From assembly GCA_030141605.1 (NCBI GenBank), contig JAQGDQ010000532.1, positions 62,001 to 126,000 on the forward strand: DNA of 64,000 nucleotides, given 5' to 3'. The position numbers and the translations under genes were made by a program. Every line of letters starts with the position of its first letter. The first letter of the stretch is position 1. Positions 11,163 to 24,730 of the stretch are shown here, piece by piece. This stretch comes from Tubiluchus corallicola. Its lineage: Eukaryota > Animalia > Priapulida. The notes beneath the pieces are model-generated. The model was not told where the DNA came from and made no database searches. It saw only the letters and a list, made by a program, of their open reading frames with translations.

Positions 11163-14100
11163 TCTTTTGTATCATCACTGAATGTGGTGCTCATATAGAA
11201 CAAGATGTACAATGACTTACACGGTTAGCCTACGAAATACGTAAACATTTAAGACTAAATACGAAAGGAAATCTTACTCAGAAATATCAATATATTATAT
11301 TTTAACTTTCACTTTGACTAGTTATATAAATCTAATTTTAGACTGACAATGTTATTCTTTTGAAATAAAGTTTTCAAAGTGTCTTGTGTCTATACAGCAG
11401 TTTGATCTACTTCTACGTTATAGCAACCAAAATTCTTATTAAAACAAAAACACATAAAATAATTCTTAGCCGAAACTAATGTTTTTTGGAATTTCACATT
11501 TACAACAAGCAGAAACAGTTTACAACCTACATAACGCAACATGCTCAAAGGTAAATAAACCAATAAAGGGAGCTTTAGAAATTCTGAATTTAGAAACCAC
11601 TGAAAACACGTGGTCAACACGTGTCGGAAGTTGAATCCTGCAAAGTACACAATCCTGCACTGCACAAAGCGCAATATACGTCCAGTCCTGACAAATAAGC
11701 ATTCAAAACATGTTTCAATAAAAAGAAATCTCGAAATGGCAAGTCTGAGATATTTCGCAAATCGATTGTGCAAGTTCAGAGAAAAGGAAACGGCGATAAA
11801 AGGACTCGAACGTGCCATAAGAATCATATCTCTATCATTATAGTCGCGAGTGGCGTCTTGGAGAACTAAGCCTTCTCCAGACAGACATTTCATTACGTTG
11901 TTATTAGACACGTTTGCACAGGGAAGAGTTTATTTGTCATAGAAGACGGTAAAGAGTTGTTTTAACAACTAAACGTCAAGAATCGAGTTAACCAGGGCTG
12001 CTCAGTGACAAAGAAGCAGAAAGACAGAGACACTTCGAAATTCTATACAGAACTAATACACACTATTGATAGAGTGAATTCTTTTAGTGTAATTATAGCT
12101 AACTATATAATTTGAAAACGAAACTATCGGCAAATACAATTAAAATAAAGAAGCCAAACTACAAGACAGCAATTTTTTGAACTTCGGAACGTTAAATTAA
12201 AAAAGAGCTAAAACACCGAAAAATTTTCTTAATTTGGAATAAAGTTTCGCTACCTCAAGCAGTACCAAACATCACTGAACCTTAACATATTCTAAAAGTG
12301 AAACTTGCCGAATAAAACCTAGAATCTATTGAAACGACTTAATTATCAGTTTTAAAAGTAAACTAAACTGACTTAGAAAAATGGCTTCCCTAATTTGAGA
12401 ATGAAATTCGAGAGTTTAAGACTTTCTCATGAATTTTTCTTTCGCAGACAACAAAAAAGAAGTTACGACATAATAAAATGCCACGATTTCTTTCCTTTAT
12501 GGCACAAATAGTCATCAATATAAAGAAACTTCAGACAAGTTTTCATACCACGAAATAAACCGCTGTACTACGTGTAACCTCAACCTGCTTACACAATAAT
12601 TGTGATTACTCTGAACGCACTAATTAAATTTTAATTAAATTCTACAGCACACGCCGCCGTTTCCACGTTCAAACACTTAGCTACACAACTTTTACACGCC
12701 TTGACAAAAACTGTTCCTCTCTTGAACGCTGCCTCTGAGCGCATGGCTTCGCGCGTGACGTCATCAGTTCATCTGTTTCTGTTTAGTTAACTGTGAATGC
12801 GCAGAGCAGAAGGAACAATATAAAGCACTGAGAGCAAAATAATGATGATGATAATTTACTAGAGCGTTTTATTTCTCATAACTACAGCAGAAATGTCGGC
12901 TAATCGTTGTTTACAGGCAGTCGTTGGAAAATTTAATGCTGCTTTACTGAGATTAAACGTTTGTAGAAACACTGGTGAGATGGCGCTACTAATCATTTCA
13001 CATTCATAGGCAGTGAACAAATCAAAGACGCATGCAAAACAAGATAAGTAATTACTAAAAAGCAAGTTTAATTTGCTGAAGGACAAGGACAATTTGCTGA
13101 AAACTTTTTGTTTTCACCGTTTTACTTCAAAAACTAAGTGCCAGAGCAAGTGTCATTAATTACCTTATCATATTAGTCAATCATTTACACTAACTTTAAC
13201 TTTGAACTTGCTTTTTTGTTATTATTTGTTTTGTACATAATCTTAGGTTACTGTGTAGTAATCTGCAGCATTTTTGTTTCTCTGTGTATTTTATTTTCCT
13301 GTGATTTCACTTTTACTAACACTTGGACCACAATGGAACTAACATGTACGTATCATGTTTTTATGTATCAGAGGAAAAAACAAATTTCTATTCCGTTCTG
13401 TGAGCTGCACGCTGAGAAATAGGTGGAAGGTGAGGGAAGGTGTTAGGCACTTATACGAAAGAAACAGGGTCGTTCAGAAGACGACGTTCCCTAAACTAAC
13501 TCGCAGCCGTTCGTATTGGTAGAGGGCGTTAGTTAACAATACACCGTTTCTTTGTCATATTTTTATAAGTTTAAGTGCCAAAATAAATGCAACATGCTAA
13601 GTGACTTCCCGTTTCATTTAAATTGTAGCATTACACTAGCCAGTCTCACAACGTCAATACTAGCAAATGCCACTTCTGCTTATATAATTAATCACTAATC
13701 TACTATAGATAAAGACAACCTGCGCCAAATTACGTAGTTATTCCGGCCGCACGCAAAATCGCGTGTGTGCTGCAGACCTTCACTTACAATAGTCAGATGT
13801 TATAAATTGCAGGCTGGGAAAAGAGGTGGAGGCTGAGGGATGGTGTCGGGCACCTCTCATTCATGAGGAATAGGGTCGTCCAGAAATAACGTCCACCAAA
13901 ACTAATATGTATGGATAGAGGCTTTTGTAAAAGAGACCCACATCGCGGTGTTGCCCGGCTTCTTCTCTTTCTAAAGAGCAATAAAACCGTCCATTCACAT
14001 GTTTTCAGCACAATGCTCCTTCGGGAAGGGCGGCGAAAACTGCAAAAATTGTCGTTTTTACTCGAAGCAGAAAAAATGCACTAACGGCACTTTGTGAGGG

Positions 14101-16339
14101 TCAGAGGGGGGGGGGCTTTTTGGAAAAAGGCAAAAACGGGCTATACCCTAATGTGGCCTCTTTGGGTTTCTTTTAGAAACTCGTCTACCTGGATCAAACG
14201 GAACGTTTTTTCTGGACTGAAACTTATAGCACTTTGGAAAGAGGCGGAACCAGGCTGTACGCTGATGTAGCCACAGTTTCACAAACGCTACTACCAGGAT
14301 GAAGGGAAACGTTTTTCCTTGTCTACCCTATAATTTCACAATATCAACAAACATCGCGTATTTGATGCAATACCCAAAGCGAGTCATAATCAACTAATAA
14401 TACGCTAAAAGCCCAGTAACACCATGACAGTCAGCACAAAGCACAGGGGATTACAAACACGCAGGCAAAAGAACCTCAAAATATCAAGCCCGCAATAAAT
14501 TACATGAAACCAGAAGATTTAAATAAAATATGTTCTCTCCTGAGTGCTAGCTGAGCAAAAAGCCTGCAGACGACAGTCAGGCAGCCAGGGCTTCTCTGCT
14601 TGCACAGGGCTTCTTTATTTGAAATATTCATAAGTGCCTGTTTCAGCAGATTGAATTTGCTTATACTGGCGGATTTATTCCGTTTGACTTCGCTGCTACA
14701 TGATATTACTATTTAACTGCTGCCTGCGAAAGATTGACAGTGCCAGAAAATCGCTTGAATTATTTTTAAAAGTGAAGCGATGCTTTAAAAAGGACAGACG
14801 CAGCATTGCAGAGGGCTATCAGGATACCTCTTAATTAATTAAAAAAAAAATCCCTCTCTTCTTGGCAATTCTTTGGCAGAAAATTATTTCCTCACAACTT
14901 CGTTTTAATAATGTCATTGATAAATGGTCACTAACAGATATGGTTCATCATTAGCAAGTTAGGTGTGTAAGTCCAGTTCTTTGCAACTGTATACTCTTAC
15001 CTTTTCCCTCATCATAATCATCATCTTGACTATCTTTTGTAGTAGTACAAGTCTACTGTGAGGTTAATGACGCAAACACGTGCAACAGAATTATTCAACG
15101 AAACTATGAACTTTAACATTATGTCTAACGTCTTGTATGTTACCCAATGTTCACAGGAATGTTAGCCAAACAGGTTAAATTGTAGGAATGCAACTCATAA
15201 AACATTGGCACACCTCTTAATATTTTAAGTAGTAAGTGTCCTACAAGAATCCAGTGTGTGTGAAAAACTATGTGCACGTGCAACTGTTGCAAACATCAGT
15301 CTTAATTTCCCACTAGGCAAACAAGAAACTACGTCACTGAACTTCTCTGATAAAAGGTTGTATAATTACATCAATAATGGTCAATACCCATTAATCCACG
15401 ACTTCCCAGAAGCCATGTCAGAACAAGGAAGACCTGGCAATGGCTTCCTGTGCACATGAACAGGAAGAATTTTAATTGCTCGCTGGATAACCTCACTATG
15501 TTAGTTTAATGCGGCATCCATGAGGACTCCCTGAGGGAGCCCGGCCCATATATGAGAATTAGAGCATAGGCTTGCAATTATTGTCTGTCAGTAGGATGAG
15601 CTGATCGTAATCCCAGTTTGCAATGCTACAGCGTCCAAGATGGCAGTCTATGACTGACCATTCAAATGCGTGATTTGGCTGGGGAAGGAATATTATAATA
15701 AGATTCAAGCGAAGCTGAATGTTTCAATGTACGTTGATGAGGGACAGTAGCTGATGTACAATGTGACTACAAACCAGAGATGCTTGTCTTCCTCTTGAAA
15801 TAGAAACACCAGACCAAAAGGAAACAGTCAGATTACCATGTTTACCATACATTTATTTACTGTACTCATAAACAGAAATTATTAAGTACAGTAAGTATAT
15901 TCTATAACCATACTTTTTGTAGATATAACTATATTTCGTAAGTTCAGGTAACTTCAGGTAAACTATTAGGTATGGTAAGTATATTCTATAACTTTACTTT
16001 TGTTATAGTTACAACTATTTCTTGTAAATTCAGATAAATTCAGGTAATACCAACACCTTTACACCTTTACACTCCACGCTACTTGTACATCCAGGTAATA
16101 AACCTACATTTGTGCAGTTATGTAAAGTCTAGTTAATTAACTACCTTTACCAAAGCAACGAGGACTATGCAAAGCAAACGTTTCAGTAACGATGAGCTAA
16201 TTAACCTGGAGATTTCCAGTGCATGCAGGTAGAATCCAGCTAATAAACCACACAAATGTCTGTGTAACCAAAATAGATATAAAAAAGAAGTGCAATCCAT
16301 CTCGAACCTGGGAACAATCTAAAAATAAAAAAATGCCCA

Positions 16340-16620
16340 GCATATATACCTATATATACATATACACCTACCTATACGTTTACGTGCTTAGTACCTGCCT
16401 ACCTACGCACCCAGGTAGACTCATGTATCCAACTATCTATCTACCTACCTACCTACCTGTCTACCAACCTCTCATATACATACCCAAAAAACCCAACTAT
16501 CTATCTATCTACCTACCTGTCTACCAACCTCCCAGGCAGCCTAACTGCCTAATACCCTACCTATCAACCACACATCACATCCACCCACCCATCAACTTAC
16601 CTACCTACCTACATACCAGT
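16340..16620. repeat. Degenerate (CCTA)n/(TA)n tract
   Basis: Direct reading. Confidence 0.8.
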
Positions 16621-17249
16621 CTTCATGATTGGAGTCAGATCGAAAACCTCAATTGTGTCTGTCTCTTGTCTAATTCTGGTAGAATACAAGTAAATCAGTA
16701 AAAACAGTATAGCTACATTGCCTTTGCATCCATGTAGTATAACCTGAGCGTTATTATTTGGCCATCGAGGAAGAATTTAGGTAATACCTAATTAGGTTTT
16801 CCCTACACCTTTTACCTGCGCAGCTAGTACGATGACGCAGACACTAATCTTGCCTGTTCATGCAATCATTCTAGAACTTCAGTATGTTACCAACCAATAC
16901 CAAAAATGTTTGATTATAATCTCATCTCTGTAGTGCTTAACTTGGCAGCTGCGTTCTCATTTGTCACAAAAAAATCACCTTGGAAGTTTTAGAACAGACA
17001 CCATGCTGTGAAAATAAACATTTAATGGATTTTATCATAAGGATACGGTGACTTCACTCTTCAAGAGAAATTAGGACAGAATACCAGCCATGTCAAGAGC
17101 GAATTAAACAGATTCATCGCATTCCATGATCCAAATTAGAGTAGCGTGTTTGTTTTTATGAAATTTCGCAATGTTAATCAGTATGGCGATAGTGCAGTGT
17201 ATTCAGACACAGGAGATCATGGTGTTATTATTATGTTCATCCTTTCCAA

Positions 17250-17589
17250 ACAACACCAGCACCAGCAGCAGCAGTAACAACACCAGCAACAGCAAAAACA
17301 GTATCACCAGCAACAGCAATAACAGTAACAGCAGCCACAGCCGCAACCGCAACTACAACAGGAACAACAGCAACAGCTAGAGCAGCCACAACTGCAACTA
17401 CAACAGCAACAGCGACAAGCATAATCACGACGACGACAACAACAACAATAGCAGCCGCAGCAAGAACAGCGACAAGGCTAACGATGACGACAACAACAGC
17501 AACAGCCACTGCAGCCACAACTGCAACTACAACAGTAACAGCGACAAGGATAATGACGACGACAACAACAACAACAATAGCAACAACAA

Positions 17590-17621
<32 letters not shown>

Positions 17622-17625
17622 CTAA
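17250..17625. repeat. Degenerate (CAA/CAG)n trinucleotide tract
   Basis: Direct reading; includes an internal duplication. Confidence 0.92.
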
Positions 17626-19335
17626 GAATAAGATGATAAAAAGAAATGCAGCCGACTCTATACTTTAAACTCCAAATTCCAAAACAAAGAGAAGGAAAGA
17701 GATGAAAAAAGAATGACAGAGAAGTAATCATATTACCTTAGTTACTTATAAACCTGCCTGGTTTAGCTTACATCACTATCAGAGTTCCTCAGGTGTTGAG
17801 AAAACTGCGTGAATTTTAAAATTTAATGAAAGTGAGAATTTAATTAAAAAATTCAAATTTTAAAGCGATCTCATTAACGCTTATGCGACATTTAACTGAT
17901 GTTAACGTTATCCATTAATTATCTTAAACGTAATTAAAAACCAGCAGCGAAAATTAGAAAGCCTACATAATTGCCTAATTAAAATTCGTGCGCCAAAAAG
18001 CCGCACAGGCGTCAAACTGGGATGATTTTTTAGTTGTGTGATGAATATCCCGTATCAGGTAATTAAAATAATCTATTTGGTTTGAAAATAATCGCTTATC
18101 AATAAACAGAACATGATTTGTGAGCAAAATGAAACCGTGGCGTTTTAAACGTCCCATTGCTATGGCAACCATTAATAAACGCTTCGCAAGCAGGATGATA
18201 TTATAAGTAAATGTTTGTGATGTGAGTTTTATAGTCGTGCGACAGATTACGCAATTTTGTTGAAAATGAGCCTGGCTTGTAAAAGAGCTGATAAATGGAA
18301 TACCATTCATCAAGCGGGGCTGAGCTTTATCGAAAACTGTTAATGAGCAAAATTTAATGTAAGAGGACAGGCAAAGTGGGTCAGGAAGAATATACGAGTC
18401 AGCGTGGAAAGACTCGTCATCTCGCGGTACATCAGAGAGACATGAACAAATTACTGTAAAAAAAACTGCGACATGGTTGAATGGTAATTTTTGCTCACCA
18501 ACCTACTAACTAACCAACCGTCCGACCAACCACTTGCCCTATCAACTGGATAAATGACTGCATGGTTACAAATGACTGAATAAATGGGGGTTTCATAGCC
18601 GAGTGGTTACGTGATTCACTTGACTGTTTACTTCATTAAGGAAAGATGTACACATATCCGAACATGGTTGAGACGTCTCGGCTAGTCCAGTGGCTCATCT
18701 CAGAGCTATGTCCTTGAAAATGAGCCAGGTTTTCGGGTTGCACCACAAACACCATGTTGAACAAGCCCTACCATTGCATAGTGAATTCAAGCTTAGAGTG
18801 TGCCAAAAAGGATAAAAGACGATGGTGACTCATTGGTTGACTAACTGACCAACTAACACACAGATTCAATAAAACTCACTCAACCACCCATCCATTCACA
18901 CGTCCACCAAAAGCTCGGGGAAATTGAATCTACCAAATCTATGTCCTTACTGATTTCAATAAATCAGAAGAACTTTCTTCTCTTTCAGCCGAACTACTTT
19001 ACTGGTGAGTGTATTTCACTGTTAGCGCAGTTATATGACCACTAGACTATTAAATATTAAGATTATCGATTGATTGCAGTAGGTCTTGTATTGATTAGCC
19101 ATTTTATTCGACCAAGAATCTAAACTCGTTCCCTGAATAAACATCAAGTTACTCGATATCTATAATCGAATCAAGCAAAACTACTATTATTAGCCCGACG
19201 CTGTAAACTGAGCACTCAATTACAATATCGTAAAGACAAGCTCGCAAAATACTGCTCCCCTGCAATACTTGATGCCTCAGTACGGGGTTCTAAGTACAGA
19301 ATTAACGTAACATATGCTGCCATCTATTGGGAATA

Positions 19336-19891
19336 TTGTTGTTGTTGATGTTGGCATCCTTCTGCCTCGGAAGACAATGGAGTGTGCGCCAAGAGTCAGT
19401 TATTGATTACATTGGTGGAGCCGCAGCGTCGACTGTGGCGGAGCAGTCCGATCCTTGAACGTCTCCAGAGCGCACGCCTGGGCAAGGTGTATGGAGATCC
19501 TGAGTTGCCCAGACAACAGGAACCCCCTCTCTTCCTCCCTGGTTTAGTCCAAAGGAAAGCGGAGCGATACGTTTGGCACCAGGTTGGCTGCAAGAGCTGC
19601 CGGAGTCAGTGAGCATGCTGCACAGGTCCGCCTTCGGGGCTCCACTCCTGCTTTGGAAGGTTTACTCCTCTACACATGGCCATTGGGTCACTTGACCTCC
19701 TCCGCCCTCTAGCCGTTGGCTGCTTGTACAGCTCCTCCGCCCAGTGTCGAGATACAGTGTGGGCATCCCGCAAGCCTACAGCACCTGGTATTCCTAGGGG
19801 ATCACCCATCCAAGCACTAACCAGGCTCTAGGTTGCTTAACTTCGGTGATCAGATGAGAACCGGCGTTTTCAACGTGATATGGCCGTAGTT
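19336..19891 (-). mobile_element. 5S-rRNA-derived SINE (SINE3 type), apparently full length
   Basis: 19891-19772 is a complete 5S-like sequence (ACTACGGCCATATCACG...GAAGTTAAGC...TGGATGGGTGA...GTGCTGTAGGCTT) with no oligo-T terminator, continuing into a ~430 bp GC-rich body and an (AAC)n tail; the same head/body junction recurs at 57508-57639. Confidence 0.85.
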
Positions 19892-21179
19892 AATACGGGA
19901 ATGATTTGGCAATATTAATGTAACAATAAAAAGACGCGGTTTTTAAAGCAGAACAGAATAGGTGTCATTCTGGACTGCATGTAAAAACTTTTAGCACATA
20001 TTAGTTTTTACAGAACTACATAATTAGTGCTAAGGCATTTGTGCTGCCATCTATAGAGAAAACGTGCAAAATAAAGGAAAGAAGTAAGTTTTGCAGTACC
20101 AAGAACTTGTTTGTTCCTTTAAAAGAACATCCTCAGGTATTTTCTAACACAGGAAATTAAGAACTCTATTTTTTTACTGTTTATATCTTCATCTTCTACT
20201 AATGACAGTTACCCTAAGTGACCAGTGATCATTGGCCTTATTTGAGATGACTTGTATTAAAGTCAAACTAAACTCTCACTATAATACAAGCTATCACAAA
20301 TTAACATCCTACTCTCATTACGAATATGCAATTTATTTTATTACAAACTTACTGTAAAACTTGTTTCTTTTGACTTGTTATCACTTCGTTGTTACCGGTA
20401 TTAAATTTGAAGAACCGCCATTTTCGTTGCGCGAGACGAATGACGTAATGAGTACAGTTACGATGCCACCTAAGATTGGCAAACAAACATCGGTAACAAA
20501 AAACACTTTCTGTACCTCTCTCTCTCTCTCTCGCTCACTTGCGCCAAAAACGCGAAACCTGGCGATCTTTACAGCAACGCACGCGTTCGAAATTCACCAG
20601 AAAAAGGTAAATTGTTTAATTTATGTCTCCTTTGTTTAATAATAACTATGAATTTCTTGTGCAATCATAATAATGTGTTAAAAACGTTTAATGTCAGTTG
20701 CGGTTATATAGGCTTTTAAACGGTAACGAATCTAACGGCTTAGAAGTGCGTGTAAAAAGTGTTCAGTACAAGATAAGCTTAATGTCGGTAATTATAAGCA
20801 GAATTACTGACGTACAGTAAGTAAAGGCTTCAAAATAAAACATACATGTGAAAAAGCACTCAATGTGCATGTTAGTTTACACGGATCACCGAGTCGACTT
20901 CTTGCAGTTTACATGCTGTACTGTAAATTTTTGGCAGAAAGGATAAATAGAGACACCGACCGCGTGCAATAATAAACATGCATTCAATGCCAGTGAGCAA
21001 ATGCTTAGTAAATAAACCTTTAGAACTACTTTAGAGCTAGAAAGAGAGATTCGAATTACTAATCAATACATGAGGAATTCCAATTACCAATCAATAGATG
21101 GAATTCAACAATAAATCGAAGCTCGATAATGACAATAAATGGCACGGTCGACCGGCACTTTATACCAGAGAATCGCAGC

Positions 21180-21485
21180 ACGTTACATAGTTACCCACAA
21201 TAGTTAAGCAACGCCAAGACTGGAAAATAAATGGAAGGGTGACTGCCACCCGCGTGGTCATTACATGTTTAGCCACAATAGTTAAGTAGCACCTAATTTG
21301 AATTATAAATAGATGGGTGACTGCCACCGCGTGGTCATTACATGTTTAGCCACATTAATTAAGCAACACCTAGTCTAGACGATAAATGGATGGGTGACTG
21401 CCATGCGTGGACTTTACATCTTTAGCCAATAGTTAGGCAACACCTAATTTGGACACTAAATGGTTGGATGATTGTCATCGTGGGA
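21180..21485. repeat. ~77 bp diverged tandem repeat, ~4 copies
   Basis: GGGTGACTGCCA...TTACATGTTTAGCC recurring. Confidence 0.85.
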
Positions 21486-22387
21486 TTTCATCTTCTATAT
21501 TGCCCCAGTTATTTACCATAGTTGACAGAAGACGCATCTAAACGTGGCTAAGACACCCAGCAGCCAGTTCCGTAATTCAGCTATCTTGGAGGACACTACG
21601 CCACTGCCAATGATTGCGCAGTTGCCCACCACTTAACCTAAGTAATTTATCTACGTTTTTATTAGTTTTCGATTATAGAATTACTTTTTGGGGTGACTCA
21701 CACGAAAAATTTGTTCCAGCAAATGTACAGTGGGGGTTGCGACCGCTGCATGCTAGGGAGGTCATGCCACTCAATAATGTTACAGTCGACTTGTGAACAG
21801 CTGCAACCAATTTCTGCATTCTTCTACGATGAGGAAAAAACCTGATCCAGTCGTATTCACTAGATAAAAAGAAGCCAAACCAATACTGCTCAGAATCACA
21901 AACACTTTCACTAGACATCATCAGACTAATAAGTGAATTAGCATCACCTTACAAAAAGGGCAAACATGGACGCGCTATTAAACATATCCATGAAAAAAAG
22001 AAAAATATAATCAGTCTTGTGAAAAGTCGCTAGAAAGACATGCTATCCTAAGAAAAGAAGTATTTCAAACTCGTTTTCTTAGATCTGTTTGGGTTTCTAG
22101 TTGAACAGACGCTCCTAAGAGCGCTTTAGCGCTGCTGTGGAATTCACGAACTAATTCTACACACAACTCTTCATCTTGAATAACAACAGCTTCAGATGGA
22201 AGAAACAAATAAATAAACAAATAGCGTTTTTTCAATTAAACGAAAAAAATACAAAATAAAATGCACAAATTAGCGTAATTTCACAACAATCCTAGTGTAT
22301 GGCGCTACAAACAATACGGCATGTGAGGTAAGTACAAAACACGTGGCGCCATCCAATGACAAAAGCCAAGTATATTAACAAACAAAT

Positions 22388-22520
22388 AAACACACGCATA
22401 TACATACATACAAATACACACATGCACGCACGCACGCGTACACACACACACACAAACAAACATACATACACACGCACGCTCACACACATACACACACACA
22501 AACATACATACATACATAAA
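22388..22520. repeat. (CA/CATA)n tract
   Basis: Direct reading. Confidence 0.9.
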
Positions 22521-24199
22521 TGTGTCACTGATAAGGATTATACAACTTGAAATGCGCAAAAATACTAACACTTTCTATAAAATTTAAACTAGTGAGTACT
22601 GAGTATTAGTGCTTAATAATTACTGCACATGAGATAATTAATTCTAATAACTTTAACTGTGAAAAACAACCTGAAAGTTTTTAAAATGTTAAAGCACACA
22701 AAACGAGACGAATGCTGTACAAAAACTTGTGAAAGAAAAACCAACACCTCGGCATGAAACTTACATGGAAATAATGTTTAAAACGAAAACAAGTTCCTAA
22801 TTGATGTTTATTTCAGGAAGAACTATGTTTAGCCACGCTGTAATAAGTTTTAACAGCGCACAGGAAGCGAAATCATGCTGGGATATTTGTGAAAATACCG
22901 CGACGTCAAATTAGAATAGACGGTTTTTCACGTGAGTTTCCTTTAATACAGAACTGAGTTTTAAAGACATGAGTGACGGGTTATAACTGCATTAGGAAAC
23001 CGCATGTTAATTTTTGTGAAAATTGGCGCTCGAGAGTCTACGTTAACAACGCAAGTTCGCAAGCTACGAATTGCAAACATGGTGGCGTCATCTATCGGCC
23101 GGCAACTGAAACAGCACATCCTGGGATCTAGAGGACGAAAAATATGAACCCGTGAAATGGTACATCACTCAAATTGGGTGTACTTTTCTCAGAACATCAA
23201 CATTAATACTCCCAAGTTACAAGTGCAATATCGTAAAGTCAAAATACAAAGAGGTTTCCGAAACGACAGTAAATTCGCAGATAAAACACAGGCACTTATA
23301 ATAGAGAATACACAAATGATCCCAGGTTCTTCATCCAATAACCATGTTTGGTTAAGAATCTCAGGTTGAAAGAAACTGCAATTATGAAACTATCATAGTA
23401 GATATTCTAAGAAACAAAAAATCTGAATAATGAAAACAACGTAATTTGTGTAAGTAAACATTTTAAGTAATCAAAATTTCATTGATTTTACATTTTCACA
23501 TGGTCCTGATAGGCTCTCACAAACACTGTGGCCTAAGAAGATGTTCCCATTAATAAATTAACTTAAAAGCAACAACAGACTGAAATTTTAACTTAATTAC
23601 AAATTTTTGTGAATTACACTGAAAGCTTACTACCGTGCAACAGCAACACCATTCACAACAACAATGCTAACAACAAGGAAAAGCATTTACAAGGCAAAAG
23701 ATGTGACATAGATTAAGAAAGGATGTGTCTTCGCCTCACTTTGTAATGCTGACAGGGTTAAAGAATAATTATGCAAGCAAATCTCTCTATCTGCACTATC
23801 TATAAATAACACAGACTGCACTTTAATTGTTATCAAGCCAAAAATTTGCTTTTACATCCAATCAGATTTACCATTTTTATTCCAGGAGGGTTATCAAAAT
23901 TTGCAAAAGAAAGTTTATTAATGAGGTAAACGATTTATTCAGCATCCCAGCATCCCACGTGAATAATATAATCAAGCTAATTAAAAACCATGAAACGTCC
24001 CCCCTGACATAATTCAAATGGCGTCAGCAGTACAGTATGTACTGTATTATTATGTAACATCGTTCATAAGGAGTTTGAAGCATTAGTGCAGCGATACATA
24101 ATACTTAAGTACGTACTTAATCAATTACTGCTAATGTAAGCAAGACTTAAACCTAATTAACGTTGGCTCAGTGAATGGGTGCTGGCAAATTCAACACGC

Positions 24200-24730
24200 T
24201 TGCAGCAACAGTAGCAGTTCAGACTCTCTCAGAGTTATAATAAGAATGTGGGTTGTGGTGACGGTACTGCTTTTATCCGGTTTGTCCAGTAGTATAAAGT
24301 ATATGGTAGGCAATATAAGATGCACAGCAACAGGGGCAGTTCAGGCTCTCTCAAAGCTCTTATAATAAGAATGTGGGTTGTGGAGATGGTGATGCTTTTA
24401 TCCGGTTTGTCCAGTAGTAACACACTTAGAGTATATGGTAGGAAATATAAGATGCACAGCAACAGTGGCAGTTCAGGCATTCTCAAAGCTCTTGCAATAC
24501 TATCTGGGAATCTGTGCTGTGATGGCAGACTGATGGTGATGCATTTATCCAGATTGTCCAGTAGTAAGACATAAAACATATGGCAGGTAATACAAAACAT
24601 ACAGCTATAGTGGTAACTTAAGCTTCTCGAAGCACCTTTGCTACTATTTGGTAATCCTGATAGTGGTGATGAACTAATGGTGGTGCACTATCCGCTTCAT
24701 CCAGTAGCAAGACAGTAAGAGTACATGGCA
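24200..24730. repeat. ~125 bp diverged tandem repeat, ~4 copies
   Basis: CAGCAACAG..GCAGTTCAG...TTATCCGGTTTGTCCAGTAGTA recurring with a divergence gradient. Confidence 0.85.

Noticed and set aside
15001-15055. Possible small minus-strand exon with donor AAG|GTAAGA
   Set aside because: Open frame is short and unsupported by homology or a phase-matched partner in the window.
17171-17731. Poly-Val/Ala and Asn/Ser ORFs
   Set aside because: Trinucleotide repeat; no splice or homology support.
19772-19891. Functional 5S rRNA gene
   Set aside because: No oligo-T terminator; runs into a body shared with a second copy and a simple-repeat tail, so it is a SINE head.
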